64,000 nt of DNA from positions 1,984,001-2,048,000 of the forward strand of contig OZ176052.1 in NCBI GenBank assembly GCA_964247055.1. Direction: 5' to 3'. A program made the translations under genes and the position numbers. This DNA comes from Paragordius varius (lineage: Eukaryota; Animalia; Nematomorpha). Below are positions 12,686 to 48,081 of the stretch, piece after piece. How positions within the stretch are numbered: position 1 is the first letter of the stretch; each line of letters opens with the position of its first letter. A model generated the notes under the pieces. The model was given only the letters and a program-made list of their open reading frames with translations. It was not told the DNA's origin and did not search any database.

Positions 12686-14255
12686 TCATTTATTAACACA
12701 TATATTATTATCAGTTTGTGATGATTGAGTCAGAGGCAAAAAGTCAAAGTTTTGGTTGAGTAATCCATCGGTAATACTTGTTCTATCTAACATATGTATC
12801 TAATGATATATAATAACATTAATTTAAATAAATTATTTAAATAATATGATTAAATTTTACCATATAATATTGAAAAACTTTGAATTTTAAAATTTCTATT
12901 AATAATAATAAAAAAAGCAAAAAATTAATAGCACACTAATTATAATAATTAAAGTGTTGCCATGTAAGATTAAAAGCTAATAATAATTCTTATACGATCA
13001 GAATGCCACTGATAAATTATTATTACATAACATGAAATTTTGATTGGGTTATAATATTCTACATGATGAAATAATATAAAAGTTTGGTATGTAAGCGTTA
13101 AAATAAGAATAGTTAAAATCTTTCGGACATAACTTAATATCATACGCATGAAATTACAAATTCAATAAAGAAAACTAGTGTGATTAAAACCAATAGATTT
13201 TAGTTTTAACAGATAAATAATAACTTAATTAAAACGCTTCAAAACTGTCTGTGAATTTTTTTGTTATTGTGGTACCGGTTTATAACCCCGGAAAATTTTA
13301 TAAACAATTTAAAATAACTGTTACTCGACATAATCACTAAACCATTAGAGTTTCTCTCATGAGTGAGCGTTTCTAATATAGTTTTCAGTAAACACAAGAA
13401 ACTAAAGTTAATCAATTTTATGGGAAAAAATAAAATTTAAATGGGTTTAAAATAAATTAAACTAACATTTTTTCGTATGTATTCAATTAGCAGTATGTAT
13501 CTGTGCAACGGATTATGTTGGTCTAAAAATATTGAAAATAAAAATATTTAATTATAAAAATTATGGTAAGAAAATATTATGTGTATTTTATAAAAATTAT
13601 AAAATATATATTGGTGATTTCGATTATTTTAAAAACATAAAATTTGAAAAACGAAGGATTGTTAAAAATATTTTTTAACAGAATGATATAAAATTAACCT
13701 TCGGTGCCTAAATTGCCATTTTCAATGTTTGTGCTTTGATTGAAAAAAGAGCGGTAAAGCGAACCGGCTAAATCCTTGTCATTATTGCCGAGCAAGCCGA
13801 AATCATAATCAAAGTGTGACATTTGATAATGATTCCAAATTTCGTTTAAGCCTTCACGTTTTCGACGTCCTCTAACATGTAACTTACTTATTTTCTCATC
13901 AATATCCGTCATATACAGGAAAGATAAATTATATTTTATGTCTTTAATGGCACGTTCGGAAAGATCGGCATCTAGCGGCATTAGATCTTTGTTAGAGAGT
14001 CTCACATTCAGCATCCATAAATGCAAACCCACAATACTGGACCATGAGAATAAGGTGTCGGCCAGATATAGCTCTAAAATTTTATTTTAATTTTTTACCT
14101 TTAATGAATGTTTTATATGGCAAACTGCGAGTTACATGATTATATAAATTTTGGGATTGATTAGCCTAAAGTTAGTAATAAATTTATAAATAAACCTTTC
14201 CGAGCGAATTGGCAAAAAATGTCTTAATTTTTGGTAAAACATTATTTAAACTCAT
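12686..14255 (-). CDS. UQCC1: Ubiquinol-cytochrome c reductase complex assembly factor 1 (Cbp3 family), 223 aa
   Basis: Exons 14255-14196, 14165-14099, 14073-13699, 13522-13467 and 12799-12686 are phase-consistent and total 672 nt. Motifs ADTLFSW...LHLWML, DYDFGL...[11 protein letters not shown] and IEYIRKNIHMLD...FDFLPL match the Cbp3/UQCC1 pattern. Confidence 0.82.
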
Positions 14256-14297
14256 AGCTATAAACCATGTGCTTGGCACATTTGTTTTTATGAGAGA

Positions 14298-17200
14298 ATG
14301 TGGAAGAAAGTCACACGAACCGATTTCGAATGGGTTTATACGGATGAACCACATGCATCACGTAGGAAAGAAATATTAAGTATTTTTGATTTTTTCTTAC
14401 TTTTTTAGAAAAATATCCCGAAATCAAATCTTTGATGGGGAGTGATCCAATGTTAAAATATACGGCATTTGCCCTAATGATAGTGCAATTTATTTCATGT
14501 TTTGTGATAAGAGATTTACCATGGCCCTATGTTGTGGTGTTGGCATATTTTATTGGTGGGGTAATGCTATTTTATATTTTACTCTATTTTAAAGTTGATA
14601 TCAGGGCAAAAAATAAAACCGCTTTTAAGCGGTACAAAAAAATATCCGATTTGTTTTGATTTTCCTATATTTTTATGCTTTGAAAACCGGTTTAAAATTA
14701 ATTTTTGATCTTGGACTGTTGCCATAAAATGCTATCTCCGATAATATTTATACCATTACACTTCAAATTTACCCTTTAAATTCATAAAAATAAATTGTGT
14801 TTTCATTCATATTTGGTGATTATAAAGAACATTTTTCAAATCATTAAATAATACGTGTAATTTTTTTAACGCCATATTTTTGGACTCACAACAAAAACTT
14901 ATATTTAACATTAACACTGAAAAATTAACCAGACAAAATGATAAACAAAGGGTAATTTGTTCTAAAAGATTTTGAAATGAATGTTTATATATTATATTTA
15001 GACAATTAACCATTCATTAACGCTGGCAATCCATGAAATTTCTCATAATCTTGCATTTGGTCATGTAAAGCCTTGGAAGAATAGAATCTTTGAAATTTTT
15101 GTCAATTTGCCCATTATTATTCCCTATTCGGCCGCTTTCAAAAAATATCACATGGATCATCATAGATATCAGGTATACTTTTAATCATTGAAAAATTTTG
15201 GTTTTTTTATTTTATATGGATAATAACCTTATTAATCATACATTATTTAACAGTTTGACTTAATAGATATTGTAGTTAAATACATAAATAAACATTGATA
15301 AAAATAAAAAATGGATGTTTGATATAAAAATGAACAAAAAGATGAGAGAGGCAACGGTAAATTTGTAGATATTTTATTTAATTAACTTATTTTTTGCGAA
15401 AATGTCTAATAATCAAAAATATATTTATTTATAAACAATTTCTTTTTTATTATCAATCATTCTTTAATTTTATTTTTTTCAAGGGTGACGATTTGTTGGA
15501 CGTTGACATTCCATGTTATCTCGAAGCCAAATTATTTGATAGAACTGCCACGAAAGCTATTTGGTTGTTGTTTCAACCATTCTTTTATGCCCTTAGACCG
15601 GTTATAACCCGCCCCAAACCCATTACCCCGTTAGAATGGATTAATTTGTTTGTTCAGTTATCGTTTGATATTGGCGTTTATGCATGGTTTGGTCCTAAAG
15701 CCATGTTTTACTTGCTGGGAGGAAGTTTAATGTCTATGGGTATTCACCCAGTTGCTGGACACTTTATCAGTGAACATTATATGTTTGCCAAAGGGTATGA
15801 AACATACTCATACTATGGACCCCTGAATTGGATAACGTTTAATGTGGGGTAATAAAGAGTGTTTTAGTTGCAATTTTTTTGATCATAATTTTTTAGAATT
15901 TTAGTTTATAGGGGTAAATTGTCAAAAACAGTAAAAGAAAAACATGTTTTTTTGTGAAGCACATTTTTACAACTTGATATTATAAAATAACCTATTGTTT
16001 TGGGTTTCTTACAAAGGAGAGATGTAAATTGGTATCATACTCAATTATGTATTTGATGATTAACTTGTATAAGTTAGATAAAAAACCAGTTTATATAATA
16101 TATGGTTTTGTTAATTCATTTACTTTTTCCTGTTTTTAAAACTATTTTGTAATAAAAAATTTATAAGTTTCGCCATGTATTGCATTAATTATCATGTTTA
16201 TATATGAGTAAATGATGTGTAAAACTTTATTAATTATTAATCTTTTGTTTTAATTGTTGTGTGTTCATGTAAACATTGTCGTCTACCTTAGTTTGTTTTG
16301 TAAGGTCACAAAAAAATTGACTTGTATAAAATATGTAGAGATGTAATCTTTGTTTTGAGTTAATCTCTATAATAATTATTAAAATTATAAAATAACTGTT
16401 TAATCACAATCGTTAATAAATATTAAAATAAAATTATTTATTTTATTTGCAAAAATTAATTAGATATCATATGGAACACCATGATTTCCCCAGTGTTCCT
16501 GGCTCAAAATTACCAAAGGTTTTATTTTATTTTGAGTTTTTTGCTGAAATACGATAGATATTTTTTTGTTGAGTTAACAATGAAAGGTTGAAACTTTGCG
16601 CTTGTTTTAAAAATAGGGTATACGGACAAAAAAATTGTAATTATACAGACAAAAAGTAAAAATATAAAGAAAAATTTTTTTCTCAAAAGACAACCATATT
16701 TTTTTAAACCTAAATTTATCCTATAAAAATAATAACAATCGTAAAATATATACATTGATAGTAAAACAATGAGTTATATTTAAAAAAAATCAATATGTTA
16801 AAAGTATGGTTGTCTTTTAAAATTTTATATTTTTACATTTTGCCCGTATAATTTCAATTTTTACTGTAAAAATTGTTAAAAAATAGTTTTTAGGTTTAAT
16901 TCTTACCTCTATTATATTTTTTTCCTATAATATGTCAAAATTTTAAAAACGTCGCATGCATGCTCTTTTTCAATAATAATTGAATAAAACTATTTGTATA
17001 TACCATTTGCACTTCAAGAGTGTCTTGAACATTTCAATTTCCTTGAACGCTTCAAGCTGCTTGAAAACATTTCAAGTTGGTCCTTGAACACTTCAAGTTG
17101 GTCCCGCGACTTTTTTGTTTTTAACTTTTAGCAATCAAATCGTAAAATATTCATCTATTTTATCGTTTTAACCTATTTTCTATTAATTAACATGAATTTT

Positions 17201-18086
17201 ATATCAATAACAACTTTTAATCATTGAGAAACCGTATATCTTCTTTAATTTTTTTAAATAATTTTGGATATTAATAAGATATTAACACCTAATTAAAAAG
17301 TATATAAGTTTTCTGTATTATTTACAATTTTTCATTAAAAACATTTAAAAGGTAATAATTTTGTAAAATAGCAAAAAAATTAGTTTAAAATAAAAAAGGA
17401 TTTTTGAATAAAAATTTTTAAATAAATAAATATAGAAAAGTAGGTTAAAAAATAATAAAATAAAAAAATACATGCAAAAATTATGGTTAAATCAAAATTT
17501 AAAAACTTTAAGGACCTTGAAATGTCCAAGGACGAACTTGAAGTGTTCAAGGACACTTTCCAAGTGCAAATGGTATAGTAAAAAATTGTACAAAATTAAT
17601 TGTTTGTATCTTTAGGTCAAAGAAATAGCCAAAGAATATTATGACAATTTACCATGTCACACTTCATGGTGCAAAGTATTGTATGATTTTGTATTTGATC
17701 CCGATATTGGCCCATATGCAAGGGTAAGAAGGCCAACAGTTTTAAACAAAAAAACCACAACAAACAACGTTAGTTTTTGTGAACAGCCAATAACTCAAAA
17801 TGGAGATTTAGAATATTTTTTGCCAGCATCATCAGTACCATCCGATACCAAAGAAATCTGTAATGGAATTAATGTTGATGAAAATGACTTGAAATTGACA
17901 ACTTTAACACAAGCGCGGGTAGAAAATATTACCAAAAATCTTGCAACCCAAAAAACTGAAAATGAGCATATTAAAAATATTTCCAATGAACATTTGGATA
18001 AATTTGTAACTTTAACCAAAGAGAATATAGAAACCATAGCTAAATACGTAAATGTTTTAGCCCATGAGAAAAACAAGACTGAATAA
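14298..18086 (+). CDS. DEGS1: Sphingolipid delta(4)-desaturase DES1
   Basis: Exons 14298-14379, 14409-14560, 15002-15172, 15484-15848, 16464-16518 and 17616-18086. N-terminus [20 protein letters not shown]. The three His boxes HEISH, HMDHH and HMEHH are present, plus [15 protein letters not shown] and GPYARV. Confidence 0.93.
17001..17575. mobile_element. Foldback MITE family B in DEGS1 intron 5
   Basis: TA-CCATTTGCACTT...AAGTGCAAATGG-TA, with subterminal TCCTTGAACACTTCAAG repeats. Confidence 0.75.
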
Positions 18087-18279
18087 TATACACGTATTTG
18101 ATATTTGGTTATACGGTGGTACATTCTAAAATCTTATTTATTTAAACAATCCCCAAAAAGCAACTTGTTTTTATACACTAATTTTTCATATTTTTTTATA
18201 AATGTAAAATTTTGATACTTTCATTGTCTAGTGATATATACAATACCAAAAGCAATTATATGAAAAAATGTTTTTCTTG

Positions 18280-18317
<38 letters not shown>

Positions 18318-18547
18318 TATATTTTCAATATTATATTTAGTTATATTTGAATGCTTTTTATTATATGTTTCAATAGATAATTTGCATTGCACGCCTCGAA
18401 ACTATTTATAAAACAACTCTCAACCTTATTATTTTTGTCTCAAATATCCGGATGTAAATATATAAATATATAAAACATTATTTTGTGATTTATTTATAAA
18501 CACCAAAAAGAAACGATATTGCTTTTGTGATAATATTTTTGTCTGTC

Positions 18548-18592
<45 letters not shown>

Positions 18593-18750
18593 TTGTTTCT
18601 CAATAAATGTTTTTATATGTATAAAATCTTCCATCAAATTAATTATCTCGTTGTCGGATATAAATTTAACCTTCAAAAATATAAATTAATACGGTCTTAC
18701 AGCTTTTTTATTTTGAACGGACTGTTTTACAAAAACATTGATAAGTATTA

Positions 18751-19021
18751 TACCATTAACAGATCTAATTCACAGTTGAACAATTCATATTCACCCTATT
18801 ATATAGTTATGAGTTTTTTAAGATTAATTACATATATTTTTTTATTGTTAAAAATGAAATTTTGTTTGTGATTTAAGTAATACTAAAAAATAATTAACTA
18901 TGCCATAAAGGTATATTTCATATTAATAATTAGTTATATAAACCCAAAAACACATTTCATTTGATTTGAATTATTAGAGGGTGATTTTGAATTGTTCGAG
19001 GGCGAATTATTGTAAATGGTA
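18751..19021. mobile_element. Foldback MITE family A copy (degenerate)
   Basis: TACCATTAAC...TGTAAATGGTA; internal sequence is similar to 11215-11484. Confidence 0.65.
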
Positions 19022-19811
19022 TATTAAAAAATTTTTTAAATTAATTTTCTGAGTTAATCGCTATTTTAAGATATTAGGTAAATGTTTGGAAAGATAAAAA
19101 GTTAATTCGTTTTTAAGACATAAGAACAAGTATTTATAAAATATACTGTTAATTTACTTCAATTCGTTCATAACTGCGGAATCAATGGGTCAAATTATAA
19201 ATATTATTGTTATTAATTTCTAAAAATCCAATATTTAAATTTTAAAAATATCTATCATTTCTCAGTGTAAATCACTTTTCAAAATTATCCTTTATATATC
19301 TCAAATATTTATACAGTGCATATTGGCATAAATATTTAAAGTAATGTAAAATATGACATAATAATTAAAATAGGTATATTCATCATGATAATATTACATA
19401 AATCACATATTGCAATGTACTGAGTTTTATTAAATCTTTAACCCGACACATTGTTTGGTTCAAAAACACAAAATCACCTTGAAAGATGTCCAGTAAATGA
19501 AATTATACCGACAAAACGTGTAATTTAGCAGACAAATATTTTTTTTGAAAAATGCAACCATGTTTTTAAACCTTATTTTTTATTAATATAACATAGAGTT
19601 TTGGATTGCAATATAAAAAATAGATATGTAAATTGATATAACAAACTATATTTAGCTATTTCAAAGTTATAATATCATAAATGATTTTCTATAAACAAAG
19701 ATGTCTTTATATATGATATATGTAAAAAATGTTTATCATTATTTAGTTTTACGTTGTTTTGACTTTATAATTTCAATTTAAACTCCCGATAAATAAAAAA
19801 AATCCTCCAAA

Positions 19812-40819
<21,008 letters not shown>

Positions 40820-42099
40820 CTCGACAAACCATTAATTTCAAGTGATATCAAAACACGTTTGAAACGAATGTTTTATTTTCATATGATAATCGTATGAAGA
40901 TTTTATATACAATGATTAAGCTTTAACAGATTGTATAAGGGCACATTAATTGAAATCAACGGAATCAAAAACATCTAAATTAGCCCAAAAAAGACTATTA
41001 CCATATATTATTTCATACAGCTTGCAATAGTTTTCATGGAGTCCACTTAAATCACTCTAAATTTTACTGGAATGGGATTAAAAAAATTTATTATTGCTAA
41101 GCTCAATACACAAAATTGAGTGTATAAAAATATACTGATGAATTTATTTTGATTGATAAAGTAGGATTATCATGGTATAGGTTTTAAGAATTATGAGTAA
41201 TAAAAAGCTTTCAAAACTTTTAACTGCTCCAGATAAGAAACCAAAATTTGCTCACATTACAAATAATTTTTTTTTGCAGAAAGATAAATATTTGATTCGA
41301 AATTCCTTAAATTTATCATACATTCTCTGTGATAGCGGAACAATATTTCTATAAAATTTTTAATTCTAAATGTAGGCGATAGTCTCAAATTTTTTAATCC
41401 GATGGGCATGATTTTTTAAAATTAACGCAAAAAGGACGAGACTGTGTGCACTCTGTAAATATAGCAGAGAAATTAAAAATTGTTTATAAGTTCAGTTTAG
41501 TAATATGGATTTCAAAAAGCGACATCGCATGACATTGAGATGTGTTGTGTGCGACCCATGAAAAATATGGGAATCTCTCAAATAAGAAAATTCCAAATTT
41601 TTCAAAGATATTGTAATTAAAAAATAAATCTCTTTATATTCATATTTTTATAATTTCTGTATGTCGTTCTCATTTTGGCAATGATTTAGAAAAAATTGGC
41701 TAAATAATTGAAATAAAGCGCCCCTATTTTTTATAGTTTTATATTTAATATCTAATAAAATATCTATGGCCCATGTGTTTTTAATGCGCCCCTAAAAGCC
41801 ATTTTTTAGGACACACCTGTTTTAATATAGAATAATGTCATTAATTTGAAAACCTATACTGCTTTCAAAATATTTTGGAAAATTTTTTTGTTTATTTAAG
41901 CGTTTGAAATACACTTTTTATAAATCAATGCCGCTGTCATTAAAGATGTCCATCAATATAATATAGTATTAAACAAGATAAAAGCATTGGTATCTAGTAA
42001 TATAGTACAAAATCGAGGGTATAAATAAGTATATTGATGAAATATATAATAGAAATTTATAAGGATTACTATTTTGTTATTGGTTTTGGCACTTATTTG

Positions 42100-43103
42100 T
42101 GAAACACTTAAATAAACACCTTCATTTCAGTCCTTCAATTCTTGTGGTGGTCTGACCTGTTTAAAATTATATACTTCAAAATATATGAAAAAACTTAAAT
42201 GGCAAAAGTTGGCACCTATATAACATTAATGAACCGAAATTTAAATAAAATCATATAAATACTTGATATTATTTATTTTAATGTTTATATCAATGTTAGA
42301 GATCATTCAAATAAAAATTAGTTTTAATATTAAAAACACCTGATATTTTGATAATTGTAAAATAAATGGCGTCCAAGTAGTATGATATAAAACTTTTTTT
42401 TAAAGTAAATTTTATTTAGATTTGGCTTATTTATATATTCATTAGGATAGAAGCATAATTGGGACTGTTTTCAGTATTTTTTAAAAAATACTAACTTGAA
42501 CACTTGGACAACATATTCATTTCAGTCCTTAGATTAAAATTGGGGTAGGTGGATACGCAAGGCCTGTTTAATAAATATTTTAATTATGGAAGGAATCAAA
42601 ACCATGGCAAAATTTTGCTTATATAACATTAAAAAACCTAAATATATCAAAAATTATATTCAAAAATACTTGATATCACTTATTTTGAGGTAAAACCGAA
42701 AGGTAAAAATTTCGTCAACCTGACATGTTTGAAATGGTAAAATTAATAAATTATACAAAATAAACTGCTTTTTCTATTTCTATCTATGTTCGAAGTAATT
42801 TAAATAAAAAATTAGCTTTTATTAAACCCCTTAAAATTAAATAAAGACGATTTTTTGCAAAATAAAAATGGCCTCGAAGTAGATTGACATGGAACTTTTT
42901 TTAAAATTTTATTTAGATATTTTGGCATATTTATATAATTTTTATTAGGGTAGAAGCATAAATATAAATTAGGACGGTTCCTTTCAGTAGTTTTTTTAAA
43001 ATCCTAGCTTAAATTTAGTCTGGTGTATTTAGATACCCAAATTTGAATCGAATTGTTAAATAAGTCTGGGGTTAATAGATACCCTAATTTTAATCGAAGT
43101 GTC
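42100..43103. mobile_element. Tandem degenerate copies of the TTAA-flanked MITE seen at 8644-9233
   Basis: Long colinear similarity (e.g. aaccgaaatatat, aaaatggcgtcgaagtag, gatagaagcataaat). A partial copy lies at ~42100-42490, a near-full copy at 42496-43059, and the right end is duplicated to ~43103. Confidence 0.7.
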
Positions 43104-43209
43104 AAACCACTTATATATATTTTTCGTTTTAACAAAAAAATATTTTTCTTTTATTTGATACGCAATTTATTAGCTAGAAATATATATACTTTTCAAGCCA
43201 TTTCTAAAA

Positions 43210-43378
43210 CTTTTTATTCAATGTAGTTAGAAGAAAATTATACGATAGGTAAAAATTTGTCCCGAATTAGCTCCATGTTTCCGTATGTCTGTTGAAACTG
43301 AAAATGGCTAACAGACCACAACCTCGGCTTCAGATACGGAACCGAAAAATAGCGCTGGAAAAGGTTCTGAAAGGACAA
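43210..43378 (+). pseudogene. Inverted duplicate fragment of a P4-ATPase exon with its acceptor
   Basis: About 90% identical over ~127 nt to exon 59632-59506 (-) plus upstream intron sequence. In-frame TAA at 43309-43311. Confidence 0.9.
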
Positions 43379-46300
43379 CCAGTTTTCCTTAAAACCCAAA
43401 AATGCCAATATTAAACCATAAAAAGTTTGATTAAAAAGTAAACTTTGGTATAAATTAGTCTTATTTAAAATGAATGTTTTTAAAAAAATTTTAGCAAAGT
43501 TTGGTTTACACGTACTTCATACTATTTTGAGGCATCGTGGATCAAAAGGCTTCAAAATATTATAGAAACAAGTTTTCTACATATCCATAATGCCGAACAT
43601 TTTCATCGCTATTTAATTTAAAGGTTTACTGGCTTTCAAATTTTGGTGATTTTTGTAAAAAAACACTTTTAACATACATTTGAAGAAGAACAGATTTTTT
43701 AATCAAAATTCTGAGGTGATAGATATGTTCACATTATATTACGTAGAAAAGGGTTATATCTTAAAATATTTTTATACTGTTTCCATCATGCCTTAGTGTA
43801 TCGCTTCCACAATTTGTTAAAAATTAAGTATTAAAAAAAGTATGCATTTTTGTAAAATTATTTAGTTGATCTATTTAGCATATATTTATGATTTTTATCA
43901 CGAAATATGGGCATTTTTGCGATTTTTGAAGAGAAGTAGCCCATTATAGAAGTGCAAAATTTGTGACTTTCGGATACCTGATCTAATTAAAATTTTTTAA
44001 AAAAAATATTTTGCTTTTTATGTGTTATTTATGATATTTTTAGCTTCCTTCAAAATAATAGTTAAAAAAAATGAGCGCAAATTTTGCCATTTTTAGATAT
44101 AGGGTACTTACCACAAAAGTGTAAATAACTTGCTAAAATACTTAAAAGCGCCAGAACCTAAAACATTATGATAATATACATTACCCTATCAAATATATTA
44201 TATCATCAGAATTTTTTTTGTAAATACTGAGATTTGGTAACATATATAATAATTGAATTTATAAGAAAAACAATTTGCCATTTAATTTTCTCAACTTGCT
44301 TTAATTATAATTATTTTACTTCAAGCATGGTTATAACATTTGGCTTGTTTTATAAGCCAAGTTGAAGTTCATAATTAAGATTATAAAAACCGTAATTTAT
44401 CCATTAATTTTTAATAAATGGCAAGCCTCAAAATAATAAAAAAGAAAGCTAGTATACTTATAAATTTCCTAAAACTGGCATTATCAGCTCAATTTCGGAT
44501 CCGAAAATTTAAAAATAGGGAATATATTATTAAATTTGTAAAAAACGTCATTGAGGAGGCTTTATTAACTCCGCAAAATAGTAAGGGTTTATATGACGTA
44601 GTTTTGATTTCGAAACCATATAGGATACATTTATAAAGCTTCCCACATTAACAAATATTTAAAATTGTGATTATAACATTTTAGACAGAAATTTTTTCCC
44701 ATAACTTGGTCGTTTAATAATATAAAAAGCGGATTTAAATATTTTAGGATTCGAATGGTAAGCCACTAATTTGGTTTTGATTAGATCATAACTGTTTAAA
44801 ACACGGATCTAAGTGTTAACATTTAGATCTGTCCTATCATGTTCATTATATATATTAAATGGCAATTATATTTTACAAAAAAAATTTTTTCACAACAACA
44901 ATCAAAAGCGTATTAAAAAGTCTCTAGTATGTGTGGCATGCAAAAGCATATTTATTATAAGGTAGAGAACAGTAGTAGATTACCACAGACCTTATGGGGT
45001 CTTAGACAGATTCAACCAGATTTGCCTGTTTGGTTGGAGATTTTAAACTCAATACCATATATTCCTAGGGCTCCCCCTCTACCACTTCTCAGAAGCTATA
45101 CTTCAAGAAATCAGTAATGGAATTAACATAACTTGTAAATATATATGGTGTATTAATATTAAATAATGGTTTGTAGTCAAAATATAGACATTTAATATTA
45201 ATTTTTCAATCAATTTTTTAATAAAAGTATCGTTTTTGTTTAAAAATCAAAATGATTAAATAAAATCAAAAAATAAATTAAATTTATTAAAATATATTAT
45301 AATTCGGATCACGATGATCCTTTTGTAATTTTAAATCACATTATACAAGTTATATATCTATTTTAGTTATAAATTAAAATATGTCCCCTTGTAAATCATA
45401 TAAATCTGAAATAGGAAGCACAAAAAGGTTAATTTATGTCCAATTTTATAACTAGAAATACGGCAAAAATTATAAAGATTTTCATTTAATATTATTTTTT
45501 ATATGTAAATTCTAAATTTAATCATATGTTTATTTGTTAAGTTAATACTAAAATTTTTAGCCAAATATATTCCTCATATCATGGATTCTGCTTTACTTTA
45601 TATTAACTTATTTTAGGATTTATACAATTTTTTTATTTCCAATCCTAGCTGTATGGAATTTGTATTTTTCAGAGAAATGACATCAGATATAATCGATAGT
45701 TTAATAAATATCTACAGTTGACTAAAATTATTGAATTAATTAGCTTTGAGAGTTTTGCTCCTTAATCTATATTTCTTCACATCAGTATAATTAAGTACTC
45801 TTCTTTCTAAATATATTGTGGAAAAATTAATTGAATTTTTTTACAATGACCCTTTTTGGAAAAAATTCATATTTTTAAATGGAATTGAACTAATATTCAT
45901 TTTTTCCCAACATTGTATAATATTATTCTACAAATATTATAATTTTATTATTATTTTTGATTGGTTTCCAAGGCACTAAAACACCCACAAAGGGTTGATA
46001 ATAAAATGTAAATGATTAAAACCTACAACACTATTTAAAAATAAAAAAAAGGCGCTGTTTATTATAAAAAATTAAGAAATTTATATAGAAGGGAAGGGGT
46101 CATTTTTATATTATAGGTCCAGCTCAACACTAGCAAACGCTTACAAATAATATAACTTTCCCACTTAATTAGTTTATAATCTTATTATTGTTTAGTTACA
46201 ATATAAACATCTATTTTGAATTTAACATATACTAACTGGTTTTATGTTTTATAAACCGGTAAACACCCAAAAGAGTTATATAGTAATAAGCATGTACTAG

Positions 46301-47302
46301 GTCTTGATATTAAACTATCCTGCATTTTTTATCTTAAATATGGAAAACATTCGTTATGTTTAAATTATCACGGCAAAGTTATATTTTAATGAAATAGTCG
46401 TAAAAATAGATAAAGTCTGAAAAAAATCAACATGAAGCAATATTTTTTATGATAGTGAAAATTTCTGAAAAAATTAGTGCATTGAACTATCCAAATTTTT
46501 ACAAACATAATTAAAAATTCACTAAAAATTGGGACAAAATAAAGCCGATACCCTGAAACCGATTTTCTGCTCCAATCTTTATAGCTAGGAAATGATATAA
46601 TGCATGAAAATCAAATATTAAAAATTTATTTTTAATCATTCAAATATAATACTTAAAATATGGCCCAATAAAAATTGTATTAATAATGATAATAATGATA
46701 TACAGACACATTTATCATTGCGCATATCTTTAACAAATTATATTTGATGGCTTTGTTGCGTTATATTATTTTTGATATTGGATAAATATAGATACAAATT
46801 TCGCTTTATAAACTTTAGTTTTTATCGTAAAAATTTCGGGAGATTAAAAATATAAAATCCATATATGGTATGTATATAAGGTATTCAATAATAGTACATA
46901 AAATAATTATATATCATTAATATTTATAAACTCAAAACATTCTTAAAGCATATTGTATTCAAAATCCTGAGATACACATTCAATCGATTTATATTTAAAA
47001 ATGGCTAAAATTATATATGGTTGTTGTAATAATAAAAAGTAAATTGCATAATATATAAAAATCATTGGAATATATATATATATATAAAAGAAGAGTATTT
47101 TTCAAGTTTTAATAACATATGCGCCAAAATTATTCCTTGGATAAAAAAACTCACGTAAATGTTTCAATATGAGTATCGCTAAAAAAATATATCTTGATTT
47201 TTATTTAAAAAAATTTAAAACGCAAACATTACGAATTTAGATACTGATGACATATAGATTAAAAGACTATTCTTACTTAGTTGAGTTTAGGAAAACCAAA
47301 TT

Positions 47303-48046
47303 TTATAACCGATTATTTTCTTTTAATTCATATTCTTCTTCGTTATTTTCCTTATTAGACGTAGTTGTTGTTTTTGACTGTTCATTTGTGTTATTAGGTG
47401 AATCAGGTTTTTTCCCATTTTTGGCATTTACTGTGGGTTGATTTTGTTCCTAATATACATGGAGTATATAATGCCAAAATCTTAAAAAAAGTAACCCATT
47501 TTCCACCATTAATAAATACGATAAACCATGGATGTCCAAAAACTATTTTGATACGCGAAAGAAACTTTAAAAAATGCATAAAAAAATAAAAAAATTGGAT
47601 TTCAATCAAAAATTTTAGTTTATTTAAACGATGTATCATCCAAAATTGGGCATAATGTAAAAAAATAAACAAAAATTATCAAAGCGGCTGCGAAAATATC
47701 TTTGTTGGACACCCATGTTAATTTTGTCAAAAAAATCCGTAAAAACGCTACAGTCATAAACAAATTGATTAATTAACTTTGTAAAGTAAATGCGTTCATA
47801 CTTTAGCTATATTGCTATTATTTAGTTCAGAACCAGGTTTACTAGATTGATTCAGTAAAGTGTTATCAGTACCACCAAAGGTAAAAATATTTCCATTTTT
47901 CCCATTTTTATTTGTCTCTGTGCCATTATTATTGCTACCCGATTGTTGAGTGACATCCCCGTTTTTAAGATTGGCCGATTTACCAGGAACCGGAGTTTCA
48001 AGTAACATTTGATCAAAAGTTTTTTGGGGTTTACCATTTTTCTGTA

Positions 48047-48081
<35 letters not shown>

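Noticed and set aside
44929-45117. 62-aa plus-strand ORF in a GC-richer patch
   Set aside because: No recognisable motif or consistent splice partners, and the other frames contain stops. Possibly a TE relic.
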